Program-made: the position numbers and the translations under genes
Shown here: in pieces, positions 1 through 11,971 of the stretch
Layout: each line of letters begins with the position of its first letter
How positions within the stretch are numbered: position 1 is the stretch's first letter
The notes under the pieces: generated by a model
Told to the model about the DNA's origin: nothing
Seen by the model: the letters and a program-made list of their open reading frames with translations, nothing else
Database searches by the model: none
Assembly (NCBI GenBank): GCA_040285855.1
Contig: JAUFOQ010000006.1
Coordinates: 124,001-188,000, forward strand
Reading direction: 5' to 3'
Source: Eukaryota sp. GEM-RC1
Lineage: Eukaryota
DNA length: 64,000 nt

Positions 1-527
1 AATTAATGAATCCCAAAAGCACTTTCTGCTCGTAGTAGTTTCATTAAAGGAACACTATCTGCAATTTTTCGGAAATGAATGTTGTCTTATTGATATTGCG
101 TTTAAGTTTTTGTTATTAAATAATTGAATCTGTCCAATTCATCACATATTGTCGTGTCGGATGTGAGTTTTTTTACATAAAACTCAAGGGCTCAATTTTC
201 TTCATAAATAAACTATCTCATTGAAACTCATGAATTAAGAACAAATGAAATGTTGTTTGTTAAGGTCTGATCGTACATTATATATGAAACCAAACGTATG
301 CCAATATCTTTCAAAACATTGTTGAAAATCACGCGGCCACTAAAGATAACATCAACACGTAGCAGTAGTCTTCAAGTTCCTGAAGATTTCATTAACATTT
401 TGGTTCAGAAACACTGTCAGTACATGTAGACATATATTGAAAAATTGTTGAATCCGGGTCACAATATTTATTGAAAATGTGTTGAAATGTATTGCGCCTA
501 TCAATGAAATTTTTATACAGTATGTAA

Positions 528-1085
528 CTAATCTGATACTGTTTTCTCAGTATTAATTATAATTTTGGATAAATATGCCCCAAGTCTCTTATAACCTTCT
601 CCATCTAAATGAAATCCATCCACTAGATCACCTGAAATTTCTTCAAACCAAGTAACAAATTGACAATTGCGACGTCGTGAACATAATGTTTGGTATTTCT
701 CATTCACTTCCTCGGTAAACGACGGAACACCACTATAGCGGATAGGAGGAAGCTCCAGGATCAGTAACTTAGAACTACTGGGTATCATGGCAAAGATTTT
801 ATCCATCAAGTAACTGAATCTCGTGACAACGTCATCAATAGATGAGTTCTGAGCGATATCGTTAGTTCCACCCATTAGAATGACAATCTCAGCTTCTTTG
901 AAAATGTTTTCGACGACCATGGAAGAAATCTGGGAAATTGTATAACCGGAGACTGCTAAGATCAAAACAGACGCGTTGTAAGAATCGGGAAGCACAATAG
1001 AAGAGCCATACGGTGTGTCCATATCATCTCGACCAGGAAAAGTGTAACCAGAAGTCAAAGAATCTCCCAAAGTAATGACTAACAT
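528..1085 (-). CDS. SGNH/GDSL-family hydrolase (Lipase_GDSL_2-like)
   Basis: Block I GDSLT, block II VSG, block III GGTND, block V DGFH; first ATG at 1085. Confidence 0.85.
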   Translation of the reverse strand: MLVITLGDSLTSGYTFPGRDDMDTPYGSSIVLPDSYNASVLILAVSGYTISQISSMVVENIFKEAEIVILMGGTNDIAQNSSIDDVVTRFSYLMDKIFAMIPSSSKLLILELPPIRYSGVPSFTEEVNEKYQTLCSRRRNCQFVTWFEEISGDLVDGFHLDGEGYKRLGAYLSKIIINTEKTVSD

Positions 1086-1257
1086 GTTGAGAGAGACGAA
1101 CAAGGTGGGAAAATTGGACCAAATTTAAATTGACTCTTGGATTTGAAATGGAAGTTCTTTATTTCAATAATATTTAAAATACTTAAAACGCCAACAGACA
1201 AAGGATGAAAAAACACAATGCAAATATTAATAAAAAATGCAAAAAATGCTTAAAAAA

Positions 1258-3778
1258 CTAGCTAAACACAGAATTCAAATTACAAATCACATCTTCACCT
1301 TCACTAATACAATTCGTCATCATCTCAATCAATTTTGATTGCCGTTTATACAACGACGCTGGACTCGGCTGAGGTAACACAATAGCCCTAACATTACTCA
1401 AATATTGATCCGCATCATTCAAAAACCCTTGTACTTCAACCAGCAACTCAGAAAGTTTACCTTTAATCTCTACTAGAAAACTCTCTCCAGAAGGAACCAA
1501 GGAGCCAGATCCTAAAGAGAATAAACAAGAAGCTAACTGTTTAACGGATTCAATCTGAGTGTTAACCCACTTTAAATAGTCCTGCCATTTGGAACTAAAG
1601 CTAGTAAAGGCAGGTTCAATTTCTGAAAGTCGAGATTCAGCCAGGGAAGTTCTAGACGCCACGTTTTCATGTGATTTGATTAGACTATCAACTGACGTTA
1701 GGGTGGTTAACATGCGTTGAGAGAACTCGTGAAAACAGTGGTAGAAGATACATTTGGAAGAGAAAACGTCTACATTGGATTGAGATCGTTGACAGTTACT
1801 TTCAGCAGATGCTAAGAGAAGGTCTTTTTGATACTTTCTTGATTTTTCGTCTCAGAAACCGATTTAATTTTTAAATTTATGGAATATTCCGCTGCTTCGA
1901 CATCTTCGAGTTCCCGCGTTAAAGCAGCAATCTTCGTTTTAATCGAATCCTTTTGTGTAATCAAAGTATCACGGTGACGTGTAAGGTCAATAATCTGGGA
2001 GTCAATAGAAGTCAATTGCTTTTCTGAGCTATTCTTCAGTGTTACAGAATAAGATCTAGCTTGGGATAGACTAGTCTTCCCAGACAAAACACGTTGTTCA
2101 GCATCAGATGCGTTAAGTTGGAAGGAGCTTGCAATGGACTGTAGTTGACGATTAAACCGAGCATAATCAGCGAAGAACTTATCAGAATCTGAAGTAGGTT
2201 GGAAGAAGCGTGAGAACTGTTTAACCAGTTCAACCAGATTCTCCACTACGCTGGTAGACCCTTCGCTTAGATGTGGTAGGCGTTGAGGTCTGAGGAGACC
2301 TTTGAAGACGCTGAAGAGGGAAGAGAGGTCGGAGAGGATGACGGTGGGGTCTATCATGAGTTCTAGCTTGTTGAAGACGGACTTTAGGGCGAGGAATTCG
2401 CTTGACTTCTTGGATATTGGTTGGTAGACAGAGTTGACGAGAATTGCTTTGACAACAAGAGCTTGATCTTCGGGAGACAGATCACGAATACGACCATTGA
2501 TAACGTAGTAGATGGATAAGCGATGGAGTGGAGGGGAATCGGAGGGAAGATGAAGGCTCTCAAGGTCAGATACTATTTTAGTTAAAGCTACTGACTTATA
2601 AGCAGACACAAAATCTTTGTCAACTTCAGCAAAGGCATTAGATGATGATGAATTAGATTCGGTCGCAAACAATTTCGTTGCAAATCTCCGTAATCCATTC
2701 TTTTCATCTTCTTCAGTGACGGTCTGCTTCCTACACTCACAGCAAACATAATAGTCACTAAGATCATCAGTATTGAGCTGCTCTTCTTCAAGAATGCATC
2801 CAACATGAGAAAATTTAGAACACAAGGAACATTGAAGTCTTGATGATTCTTGCGATGCTTCAAGATTGGGAAGAACGACATGACATTGCTTTCGATGACA
2901 GATTGTACACAACTCAGATGACTTCCACGCGTTAGCACATGATGTACACAAATGAACGCTTTGCTGGTCTCCATGGGAATCAGGAATCCTTGAAATTGGA
3001 TGGACTGTGTGATCGGATGGCTGGGGAGACGTCAGAAACTCAGGGTAATCTGTTTCAGAGACTTTGATAGTACATGGAATAGACACTGTCCATCCCTCAA
3101 CTGAATTAGCATTAGACAAAAGACTAAAACAGTCAGGTGCATCACAAACTGCTACTGGGTTACGTTTCTTAAGTACATCTTCCACAGATTTCTTAGAGTC
3201 TGCAGTGTGAAGTCTATTGAGAAAACGGCTGTATGGAACAGCTGATAAAACATTCACAACAACGGAGCGCCCAGAAGGTTGAGGGAGTAGAAGTTCTTGG
3301 TATTCATAGAAGTACGAGTTTGGTCTACATTTTGGACAAATGAAAATAAAAGCGGTTTTTGAGAGGGATTTCCAATGAAATCTAACACAAATTTCATGAA
3401 AAACAATTTTGCAGCATTCACAAGTTCTAGTTGGCGTTTTGAAATCTTTAAGCAATCCATGACAGATACAATTAGGAGCGACATTACCATTTGAAGAAAG
3501 GATAATTGGAACAGATGGTGATTGTTCTGAAGTTCCAGATTTTGAGAGCATTGGAGGGGGGAGGTACATACGGTTTTTTGGAAGAATGGGGAATTGTTTG
3601 AATTATTGGAATAGTGGAAGAAGTGGTTCCAAGAAGTTCTGCAACAATATCCCCCGTTCTAGGAGGACTTTTGGTTTTTTCAGACGGAGAAGCAATAAAC
3701 TCGGATTCTGCATTTTCAGCATCGGATTCGACCACAAAATCTTCAGAAAAAAACCAGCCACGAATAGAACGTCTGCAT
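1258..3778 (-). CDS. Multi-PHD-finger protein with C-terminal coiled coil
   Basis: C4HC3-like patterns (CIC..CECC..HEIC..CPKC; CTIC..CSLC..HVGC..CCEC) followed by heptad-rich C-terminus. ORF pieces 3484-3735, 1812-3569 and 1258-1713 join after 1-nt corrections at homopolymers (~3745, ~3560, ~1845). Confidence 0.7.
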
Positions 3779-3948
3779 TTTGGAAGCTCTTTTTTTTATG
3801 GATTGTAATTCAATGAATCTCGTTTTCATTGAACACAAATATAAAGAAAAGAATGATGGAAAAGCGGTTTGATGGGGCGCGTTGGACAAAAGAATTTTCC
3901 AGTCGAACGACCTCACTTTCCATCTCAAAACTTGTTTCAATCGTCTTA

Positions 3949-5921
3949 ATGCCTCCTGCAAAATCCACCATCCGCTTCAAGTCTCCCGCGGAATTCTTTG
4001 CTGAGAACAAAAACATTGCGGGTTTTGATAATCCCGGAAAATCTCTTTATACAACTATCCGTGAATTCGTAGAAAACTCTCTTGATGCTGCTGAATCCGT
4101 CCCTGCTCTTCCTCAAGTCGATGTTACAATAGAAGAAGTTTCTCAACATGAACTCAACACCCTTATTGGTGTCAGCAACTCACGCAAACGTATTGATGAA
4201 GATCTATATGTTGACGTGGATAACGTTCCCTCCAAAGAGACTGACAAAAAACCTAAAAAGAAGTCCCAAGAGTGCTACTATAGAGTAACTTGCCAAGATA
4301 ATGGTATCGGACTCGCTCATGACGATATCCCCAATGCTTTTGGTCGCGTTCTCGCCGGAACCAAGTACGGAGTCAGACAGACTCGAGGTAAGTTTGGTCT
4401 CGGAGCTAAAATGGCCCTCATATGGTCTAAAATGAGTACAGGTCTTCCCATTTCAATAGAATCATCCCAACACCCCGATGCTGAGATCTCCAAGTGTATT
4501 CTAGACATTGACATTAGAAAGAACAGACCCAACATCCAGGAACACACTCAGGTACCTAACCTTACTGGCTTCCGAGGAACTAAGATCTCCGTAGTCATTG
4601 CTGGAGCTTGGACCACTTACAAGGCAAAGATCGCCCATTACATGAGACTTCTCGCTGTTATTACTCCCCATGCTCAATTCTCCTTAACTTATACCCCGGA
4701 CCAGAACAAGTCAACAGCCTTTAGTGTTCGCTTTGCTCGTAGATCTGATGTTATTCCCCCTGCCCCTAGAACTGTTCAGCATCATCCTAGATCAGTACAT
4801 CTTATTCTGGTAAAGCAGTTGATGCAGGAGACCACGAATAGGACTTTAAAGAAGTTTTTAATGAATGATTTCCAATGTATTGACTCTACTTTGGCTAATT
4901 CCATTCTACGTGAGCTGGGATTGAAAGCATCTGATCCCGTTACTGATTTGAGTGACTCTGATGTGGCAAGTTTAGTTAAGCTCTTCTCCGAAATCAAGTT
5001 TCCAGAACCAGATGGTGATTGCCTGTCACCTGCAGGAGAGTACAACCTTCGTCTGGGAATCATGAAAGAGATCAATCCCACTTTTGTCGCCACTTACCAA
5101 CACACTGTTTCAGTCTTTGAAGGTCATCCATTCATTGTTGAAGCGGGTGTTTGTATCGGGGAAAGCTTTCTAATGCTGGAATTACTTGCCATCGATTTGC
5201 TAATAGAATTCCTTTATTGTTCGAGCCTGGTAGTGATGTCGTGACTAAAACTGCTAATAAGGATGTTAAATGGGGTAATTATAAGATTAAACAGACCCAA
5301 GATAAGATTGGGGTGTTTGTCTCTTTAGTTTCTACTAAGATTCCTTTCAAAGGAACCGGTAAGGAGTACATTGGTGACGATTGCCTTGAGATTAAAGATG
5401 CAGTGAAGGCTTCTCTAATGCAGTGCTGTGCTCAGCTGAAGAACAAGCTGGCCTTACAAGCAGCATCTAAAGCACGGGGAGAGCGTAAGAAGAACCTGGT
5501 TAAGTATGTTCCTGATGTGTCAAGGGCAGTTTATGAGGTACTTGCTGATATGAATGATGCCAGTCAATCAATCAAATCAGAAAAGGATCACTCAGTGGTT
5601 GCAGACGTTTCAAAAGGTAAAATCACAGCGACCACCCTATCGAAACAATTAGAGTTGTACGTTGAAAAGACCGACGCTGATCAAGCCTTGGACTATGCTG
5701 CCGAACAAGGAAGAATAGGCGCTCAAATATCTGAATTCTTTTTAAATGTGCTGACTAAAGATGAGAAGGAGATGACGTTTCTGCAACACTCCAAGTTTCT
5801 GTTTGGGGTGTGTTCATCGGTGTTTGGAGATGCTGGACATAAGAAGTTATCGAATGAGTCTAGGCCAGTGAAGAAGATGAAAACAAGTGACGATGAATTT
5901 GATTCTGATAGCGACTTTTAA
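3949..5921 (+). CDS. TOP6B: DNA topoisomerase VI subunit B
   Basis: SPAEFF N-terminus, GHKL motifs EFVENSLDA, DNGIG, GKFGLGAK; transducer motifs GHPFIVE, RFANRIPLLF, STKIPFKGTGKE. One frameshift in a G-run at ~5158-5161. Confidence 0.93.
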
Positions 5922-6315
5922 ATTTTAATTAATTTAAATTTACGTTTTGTATGAATATAATCAGTTAACTCAACAAAAAAATATTTATTTTCTCTTACTT
6001 CCTTACTGTCTATTTAAACAGTTTTTATATCATTTTCTTATTAAATACAGCAACAATTTATATATGAACGTTAAGCAGATGATAGTGTTTATCTATGAAT
6101 TTGGACTTTCGCATACATTATATAACATTGCAACACAAGATGGTTTCCAAAATACATTCGAACAGTTTACTACTATTAACTGTACTTTACAAAACTCAGT
6201 TATTGTCAAAGAATTCTTAACGTAGTTTTGCAAGCCAGTGTTCTGCTTTAAAAGAATTAAGTGCAACCTAAACATCCAAAGTTATTCAATTGAAATCAAA
6301 AGAAAAATTACTGAT

Positions 6316-7221
6316 CTACACCCACGGTATAATACCAGCTTGACCAGTAATCACATTGATCTCTATTCCGCACTCATTGATCCCTTTCCTAATCCTAGCG
6401 AATCCTTCCTCACCCCAATGAACCCCCCAAGAATTAGCAACCAACCAATACTTCTCTCCATTGTCTTCTCCCCAACCCATTACTTTAACAGAGGTTGATC
6501 CTAATAGATAACCTGTTTGGTGATGGTATATACCTGACTTATAGGTGAGAAAGTCGCTATAAACGTCAAAAGTGGCAACTACTGGCCCATATCTCTCAAC
6601 TTCGGTCATGATCCCTTCTTCTGATTGCGTCACGTCATAAGTGTTATCAGCAGTGTATTTTTTCAATCGTGATCCATCATCACAGACAGAAGGACATTCA
6701 GAAAGAGAGCCATCAAAAGACTTGTAAGAAACACAAGAGTCTAAGGGAACGCCATGTCTAGCAACAAAGTCCCAGGAATTTGTAACTGAACCACTGTGGC
6801 ATCCTTTGTTAAGGGAATCACATGAGATGACGTATTGGGGGGATAGAATGACGTTTTGACTGAGATTGAGGCAGAAACGGTCAGAAAGAACTTGGATTAC
6901 ACTGAAAGCCCAAGAAGATCCACAATGTCCTTGATCACGAATGGTGTAGGAGGGACAACCAGGCCATTTCTCTCGAACATCGAAAGAAGTAGGGAGGGAG
7001 GTTGGTGTATGGCTAATTGTAGGTTGAGTTGATTGTTGGTGAGAGGTCTGAGTGTTGATAAATGAAGTCAGTTGGAAGTGTGACAAGTGTGAAAAACGGT
7101 GGTTTAATGAGGCAGTCCAGAGAGAGTTTGGGTTGGAGTTAACATAGAGAACAGTGTTGTAAAGATCCAAACATGATGATACACTGATTAGAAGAATGAA
7201 TAAGATAGGAACAACGATCAT
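6316..7221 (-). CDS. Cathepsin B-like papain-family protein, catalytically inactive (Cys->Ser, His->Thr)
   Basis: Signal peptide, LPTSFDVREKWP mature start, DQGHCGSSWAF, GSTSVKVMGWG, YWLVANSWG, GINECGIE. Confidence 0.9.
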   Translation of the reverse strand: MIVVPILFILLISVSSCLDLYNTVLYVNSNPNSLWTASLNHRFSHLSHFQLTSFINTQTSHQQSTQPTISHTPTSLPTSFDVREKWPGCPSYTIRDQGHCGSSWAFSVIQVLSDRFCLNLSQNVILSPQYVISCDSLNKGCHSGSVTNSWDFVARHGVPLDSCVSYKSFDGSLSECPSVCDDGSRLKKYTADNTYDVTQSEEGIMTEVERYGPVVATFDVYSDFLTYKSGIYHHQTGYLLGSTSVKVMGWGEDNGEKYWLVANSWGVHWGEEGFARIRKGINECGIEINVITGQAGIIPWV

Positions 7222-7256
7222 GGGTTGTTATTCCAAAAAGAAAAGTGACTTTGCAA

Positions 7257-7831
7257 CATAGATGCGAATCACAAATTTTTGTGATGTGATTGTTGTGACA
7301 TGTAATTTTTTAGATTTTACATTACATTGTCGTTATTACTATCGAAAACAATGACAAGTCCAGTACAAGAATTCTGTTCACCAACTTATGAGATAGAAGT
7401 AAATTTAACATCGGAACTGAAGAAGCAATTAATGTATTTTTTTAAAAAAATAAATAACTTAATATTCCCAATCTATCTTAGACTCCATGGAAGAACATAA
7501 CTAGCATTCATCCGCAAACTTCCTTGAGGAACTTCCTTTGGGATACGATTGGAGAGTTTCGAAATCTGGAAGTCCATATGAAAAGTCAACAAAGTGAATG
7601 TTTTTTTTTATTCCAAAGGTATTCCACAGCGTGAAGTTAAGCGTAAGAACAAGACGCTTACTTCAGGTGTTACATTTCATTAACTTTCCGGAATAAATAT
7701 TGTTTAATCATTGTGAGGTTGTGATGTTAAATCACAAATATCACAAAAATATTGCTTGTGATGTTATGTTGTGATGTGATTGTTGTGACTCACAAAATCA
7801 AAAAGTCAAATTTTTGTGATTCGCAACAATG
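7257..7831. mobile_element. Non-autonomous hAT-type element (MITE), 575 bp
   Basis: TIRs catagatgcgaatcacaaa / tttgtgattcgcaacaatg (17/19 match); perfect 8-bp TSD CTTTGCAA (7249-7256, 7832-7839); TCACA/TGTGA subterminal repeats. Confidence 0.85.
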
Positions 7832-7853
7832 CTTTGCAAACTTGTCTCTTTCC

Positions 7854-9500
7854 ATGTCATCAACTAAACCTCTTGAACCTCCTAGAAAAGTCTCTCGGTT
7901 AAGGAATAATTCTCTATATACTCAACCCACTTCGGAACTGTTCGCTCCTGCAAAGTCCCTACATTTTCAGCAGTCTTTATTGTTCTCTATCTCATCCCAC
8001 TTTCTCAAGAATCTCTTGAACTCTTCTGACTTACTAGATAATAAAAGTGTCTATGAGTTTCCAGAAATATCAACAACCCTTTTCACTTTCTTCAAACAAT
8101 ATGCTTACGTTAGTCAATATTTCTTTGAATCTGCACTGACTGCAACTAAGATCTTTATGGAATCAAACAATGAATTGAATTACTTGGTGATGACATTTCT
8201 CTTCTCTTTTCTGCCGCTTCTTTCTTTAGAGCCGATGTTCGTTCGATATATTTGAAGAACCATACATTCGCACGAACTTGTACTTTTCAATTTCGTTCTA
8301 CACCGCAGATTGTCTCGGGAATATCCATGTGCATAGAGCACTTAAGTTTTCCCTATTGAAAGGGGGTTTCTTGATCCTAATTTTAAGTTGTTTTTACCTT
8401 GCCTCAAACGATTGACATTGATTTCCAATAGGGACATTAATGCCGTTCCTGAGAGTGAACAACGTTATGCAATCAACATGGATTCAGATTCATCCAGTAT
8501 TGAAGATGAAACCGAATCTTCTGATACTGAAGCAGAAAGTGAATCTTCTGATAGTTCTGATAGTGATGAATCCGACGATTCTTTGGTCGAAAACGATCCA
8601 ATATCACTCTTGTCTGAACTACTAAAAATTAATTCTACAGTTTCGGAGATTGATCTCAGCCAGACGTTCATAGATGCAAAGGGAGCCGGGGTGTTAGCTG
8701 AAGCTTTGAAGATTAATTCTACCATTGTCAAGATCGATTTAACGTCTAACTCTATTGGCGATGAAGGTGCAGTGACTCTTGCTAAAGCATTGAGAGTTAA
8801 CTCGTCAATTACTGACATTAATTTATGTGGGAATGAGATACGCAACAAGGGAATGGTGGCGTTAGCAGAAGCATTAAGATTTAATTCTACAATTACCAAA
8901 CTTAATCTTAGTATTAACATCGTCGTTGCTGGTGGAATTGAAGGAGCGAAAGCGTTGGCTGAGACTTTGAAAGTTAATACTACACTTACTGTACTTAATT
9001 TCGATTACAACTCAATTGGTTCTGAAGGTGCTCAAGCAATTGCTGAAGCACTGAAGGTTAATCATACCCTGACTGAAATCAATTTGTCTGCAAACAATAT
9101 CCATGTACAAGGATTCATTGCAATAATGGATGCATTGAAGTTTAATTCTTCAATTTCTAAAATTACTTTGGGCTCAAATTTTATTGGGAGTGAAGGTGTC
9201 CTTGCATTGGCTGAAGTTTTAAAGTTCAATTCCACTATTACTGTTTTTGATCTCAGGTGTAGCTCTATTAAAGATATAGGTGCTATAGCCTTGGCAGAAG
9301 CCCTCCAAGTCAATCGTACTTTAAAACATCTTGTTATTGGAAGAAATTCTATTGGAACTCACGGTCTTTTGGCATTGGCCGAGTCGTTGAAAGTCAATTC
9401 GACAATCGTTGTGATTAATGTAGCGGAAAACATTTGTGATTCGAAAACCAGACAACATTTGGAAAATGTTTCTAACCGGTTCGATTTTTGCTATACTTGA
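7854..9500 (+). CDS. RNI-like (NLRC3/CARMIL-type) leucine-rich repeat protein
   Basis: About ten 28-aa repeats LAEALKxNSTITxIDLxxNxIGxEGA after an acidic tract. The N-terminal piece (ATG 7854) is probably joined via frameshift(s) near 8200-8390. Confidence 0.8.
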
Positions 9501-10210
9501 GGAGTCGAATTATGCGTGTCGTATTATGATTAAACTTTCAAATAAAGCCATGTGTATAAGGTGCAGCGAGAAACTTTCAAAATTTTGATGATCTTACTAT
9601 GTTTGAGTAAGAGAAATCTTTATTCTTTTGAATTTAAGATCAAGATATGCATATCTTATTAAGATTCACACACCATCAAAGTTTTGTTTTTCATATCCGA
9701 ATACTAGTAATGCTCAATTTGCAAATACTTTTGAAGAACTTCCGTTTACCAAAAGTACTTTCTTGTCTTCAAACCATTATCCAGCAGTTGATACCTTCTT
9801 TTGTCACTTAAAAATGCTCGCAAAGGATTTCCAAGAGTTAGCCGACGATTTCATTGCTCATCATTGTCGTGACACTCTACGAGTCTACAAGTCAAATTTT
9901 ACCTAAATTAGAATCAGTGTTACAAGATAACATTTTTTACCATCATTCGTCAACTAAAGTACTAATTGTAGACGTTTTCCTGTTCAACCATAACCATAAC
10001 CATTTTCTTAATAGTAAGCATGTCGTTCCATCTTCATGATGTGATCCCAGATTCGCCTCACTTCAAAACGTAAGTACTGGTAAGTGTAAATTGGTGACTA
10101 AATAAAGAATTGAATTAAACCGAATTCTATTTAGAACAACAACAACAACGACCTTGATGAAACCATACTTCTACAAAAACTAACAAAAAAGAACACAAAA
10201 AATCTAATAT

Positions 10211-11833
10211 TTACAAAGAACCTAGAGGACTATCCGAAATTTCAAAATTCTTAATTTTGGACTTATTCCGACCACTCAACGACAGTTTCCGACTGATTGA
10301 TCCTCTCTTCACACTTCCTTTCCTTCCCCCACCTTCTACCTCACTCTTAGAAGCAATCCTGATACACCTGATCCACTCCTTGCTAACCATTATGTTCTCG
10401 TGTCTGAGTATCCATAGTCGCTTGTCAGTTTGAATAGCGAAAGCTGAAGGATCTTGGGATTCTAGAAAATGAGAGAGAAAGTTAACGTAGCAGCCTTTTA
10501 GATCGATTATGCCTTTTGGTGCAGAGTTGAAAACATCGCTTTCGAAATAATGCAATTCCCCGGGAAACAATTTAAAATATCTTGATTTGAACTGTCGATT
10601 GAAATATCCGAGTTTCTCTAACCAACCAGACATTGGACAGAACTTTACCAATGTTACCGACGAAACGGAAGTTTGCTCGTCATCAGTGGCTGATTGTTGT
10701 GATTGTCGACGTTGACTTTCAACTGATTGTCTGTTGACCTCTTCCTTCTCCTTTCGTAAACCCTGAATAACCCTTTTGAAAGCGTCATTCCACTGTAATC
10801 GTTCGTCAGCTGAAGCGAACCTTAAGACCCATGTGCGTGTTTTCTGACCGGCAGTAATGATTTTGAGCACGTCATCACCTTCCACAACTGGAAGTATTGC
10901 AGTTTGTTCCAGCGGTATCCTTCCGAGAGGTCGTAAATCATGAGGATTTAAAAAATATAATAAATTTGCTTTTGATAGTACAAACCACCTCTTTTTAAAC
11001 TGAAATCCTGTCATTCCTTCTCCTCTTTTTAAAAGAAATCCAGACTTTGACACCATCCAATACGGATTCACACACTCCTGTTCAAAGTAGATTAGTTTGT
11101 TTCTGTTAATGTCTCTGACCCAAGACATAGACAAAGGAAAAGAACAAAAACCGAGGTAGAAAGCTCCTGGTTTGATATTATAAGATTCTGAAAAGTTAGT
11201 GTTCAAGACCACTACATCAGAAATCATGAGTGTTTGTGCAGCTTGTTCTATGGTTCTCTCAATGTCCTGAAGTTGGGAAGGTCCTTCTGTAAAGCATTGG
11301 ATCTTGTTCAACTTGGATCTGAAAATGATAGAGTTTGGATCAGAATTGGATGTGATGGTCAGGTGTTTTCTGGACAGATTGGCGTGACATTTGATCCATA
11401 CGTTGTCTATTGATTGGTAGAAGCAGACACCGAATCTCCTGTGAACATCGAGAAGAGTAGGGAATTCAGCAAGTTCAGGGATGATAAGAGCAGAGTTAGG
11501 AAAGAGAGTGATGGATTCATTGGAAGTAATGAGTTCATTGATCGCCGACTTACGCTCCTCTTCAGTGGAAAAATCTAGAAAGACTTCAATTTTGGAGGAA
11601 TCTAGGTATACAAAGATACTAAAGGAAAATAGAGAGACAGCGGAGATGGGATGTACTTGGAGTTGAAGGTTATCGAAGGAAGATTCAAGAAGTGTTGATT
11701 CATTACCTACATCCTTTATCAAAATAGACTTGGGGGTGACTTCAACAAGGGAAAGAGTGGGTGAATTGCCTGTCACGGGATAGATGAAGGCTTTGAAGGA
11801 CATTAATGAATCATCAAATTCGTTTTTGATCAT
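10211..11833 (-). CDS. Multi-PH-domain protein
   Basis: Two clear PH domains (KSGFLLKRG..FKKRWFVL..QWNDAF; SGWLEKLG..FKSRYFKL..EWIRCI), with possible degenerate PH folds upstream. Confidence 0.8.
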   Translation of the reverse strand: MIKNEFDDSLMSFKAFIYPVTGNSPTLSLVEVTPKSILIKDVGNESTLLESSFDNLQLQVHPISAVSLFSFSIFVYLDSSKIEVFLDFSTEEERKSAINELITSNESITLFPNSALIIPELAEFPTLLDVHRRFGVCFYQSIDNVWIKCHANLSRKHLTITSNSDPNSIIFRSKLNKIQCFTEGPSQLQDIERTIEQAAQTLMISDVVVLNTNFSESYNIKPGAFYLGFCSFPLSMSWVRDINRNKLIYFEQECVNPYWMVSKSGFLLKRGEGMTGFQFKKRWFVLSKANLLYFLNPHDLRPLGRIPLEQTAILPVVEGDDVLKIITAGQKTRTWVLRFASADERLQWNDAFKRVIQGLRKEKEEVNRQSVESQRRQSQQSATDDEQTSVSSVTLVKFCPMSGWLEKLGYFNRQFKSRYFKLFPGELHYFESDVFNSAPKGIIDLKGCYVNFLSHFLESQDPSAFAIQTDKRLWILRHENIMVSKEWIRCIRIASKSEVEGGGRKGSVKRGSISRKLSLSGRNKSKIKNFEISDSPLGSL

Positions 11834-11971
11834 TGAAAATGTCGATGTCCTTGATAGAGAATTTAAGACGTCAAAGTGTGCTTCATCTTGCTGTAATAGT
11901 GGGATTACATCTGTTTTTTTGTATATATGGTCTCAATTTGGAGACACTCAAAACCATTTCCAAATGAATGT

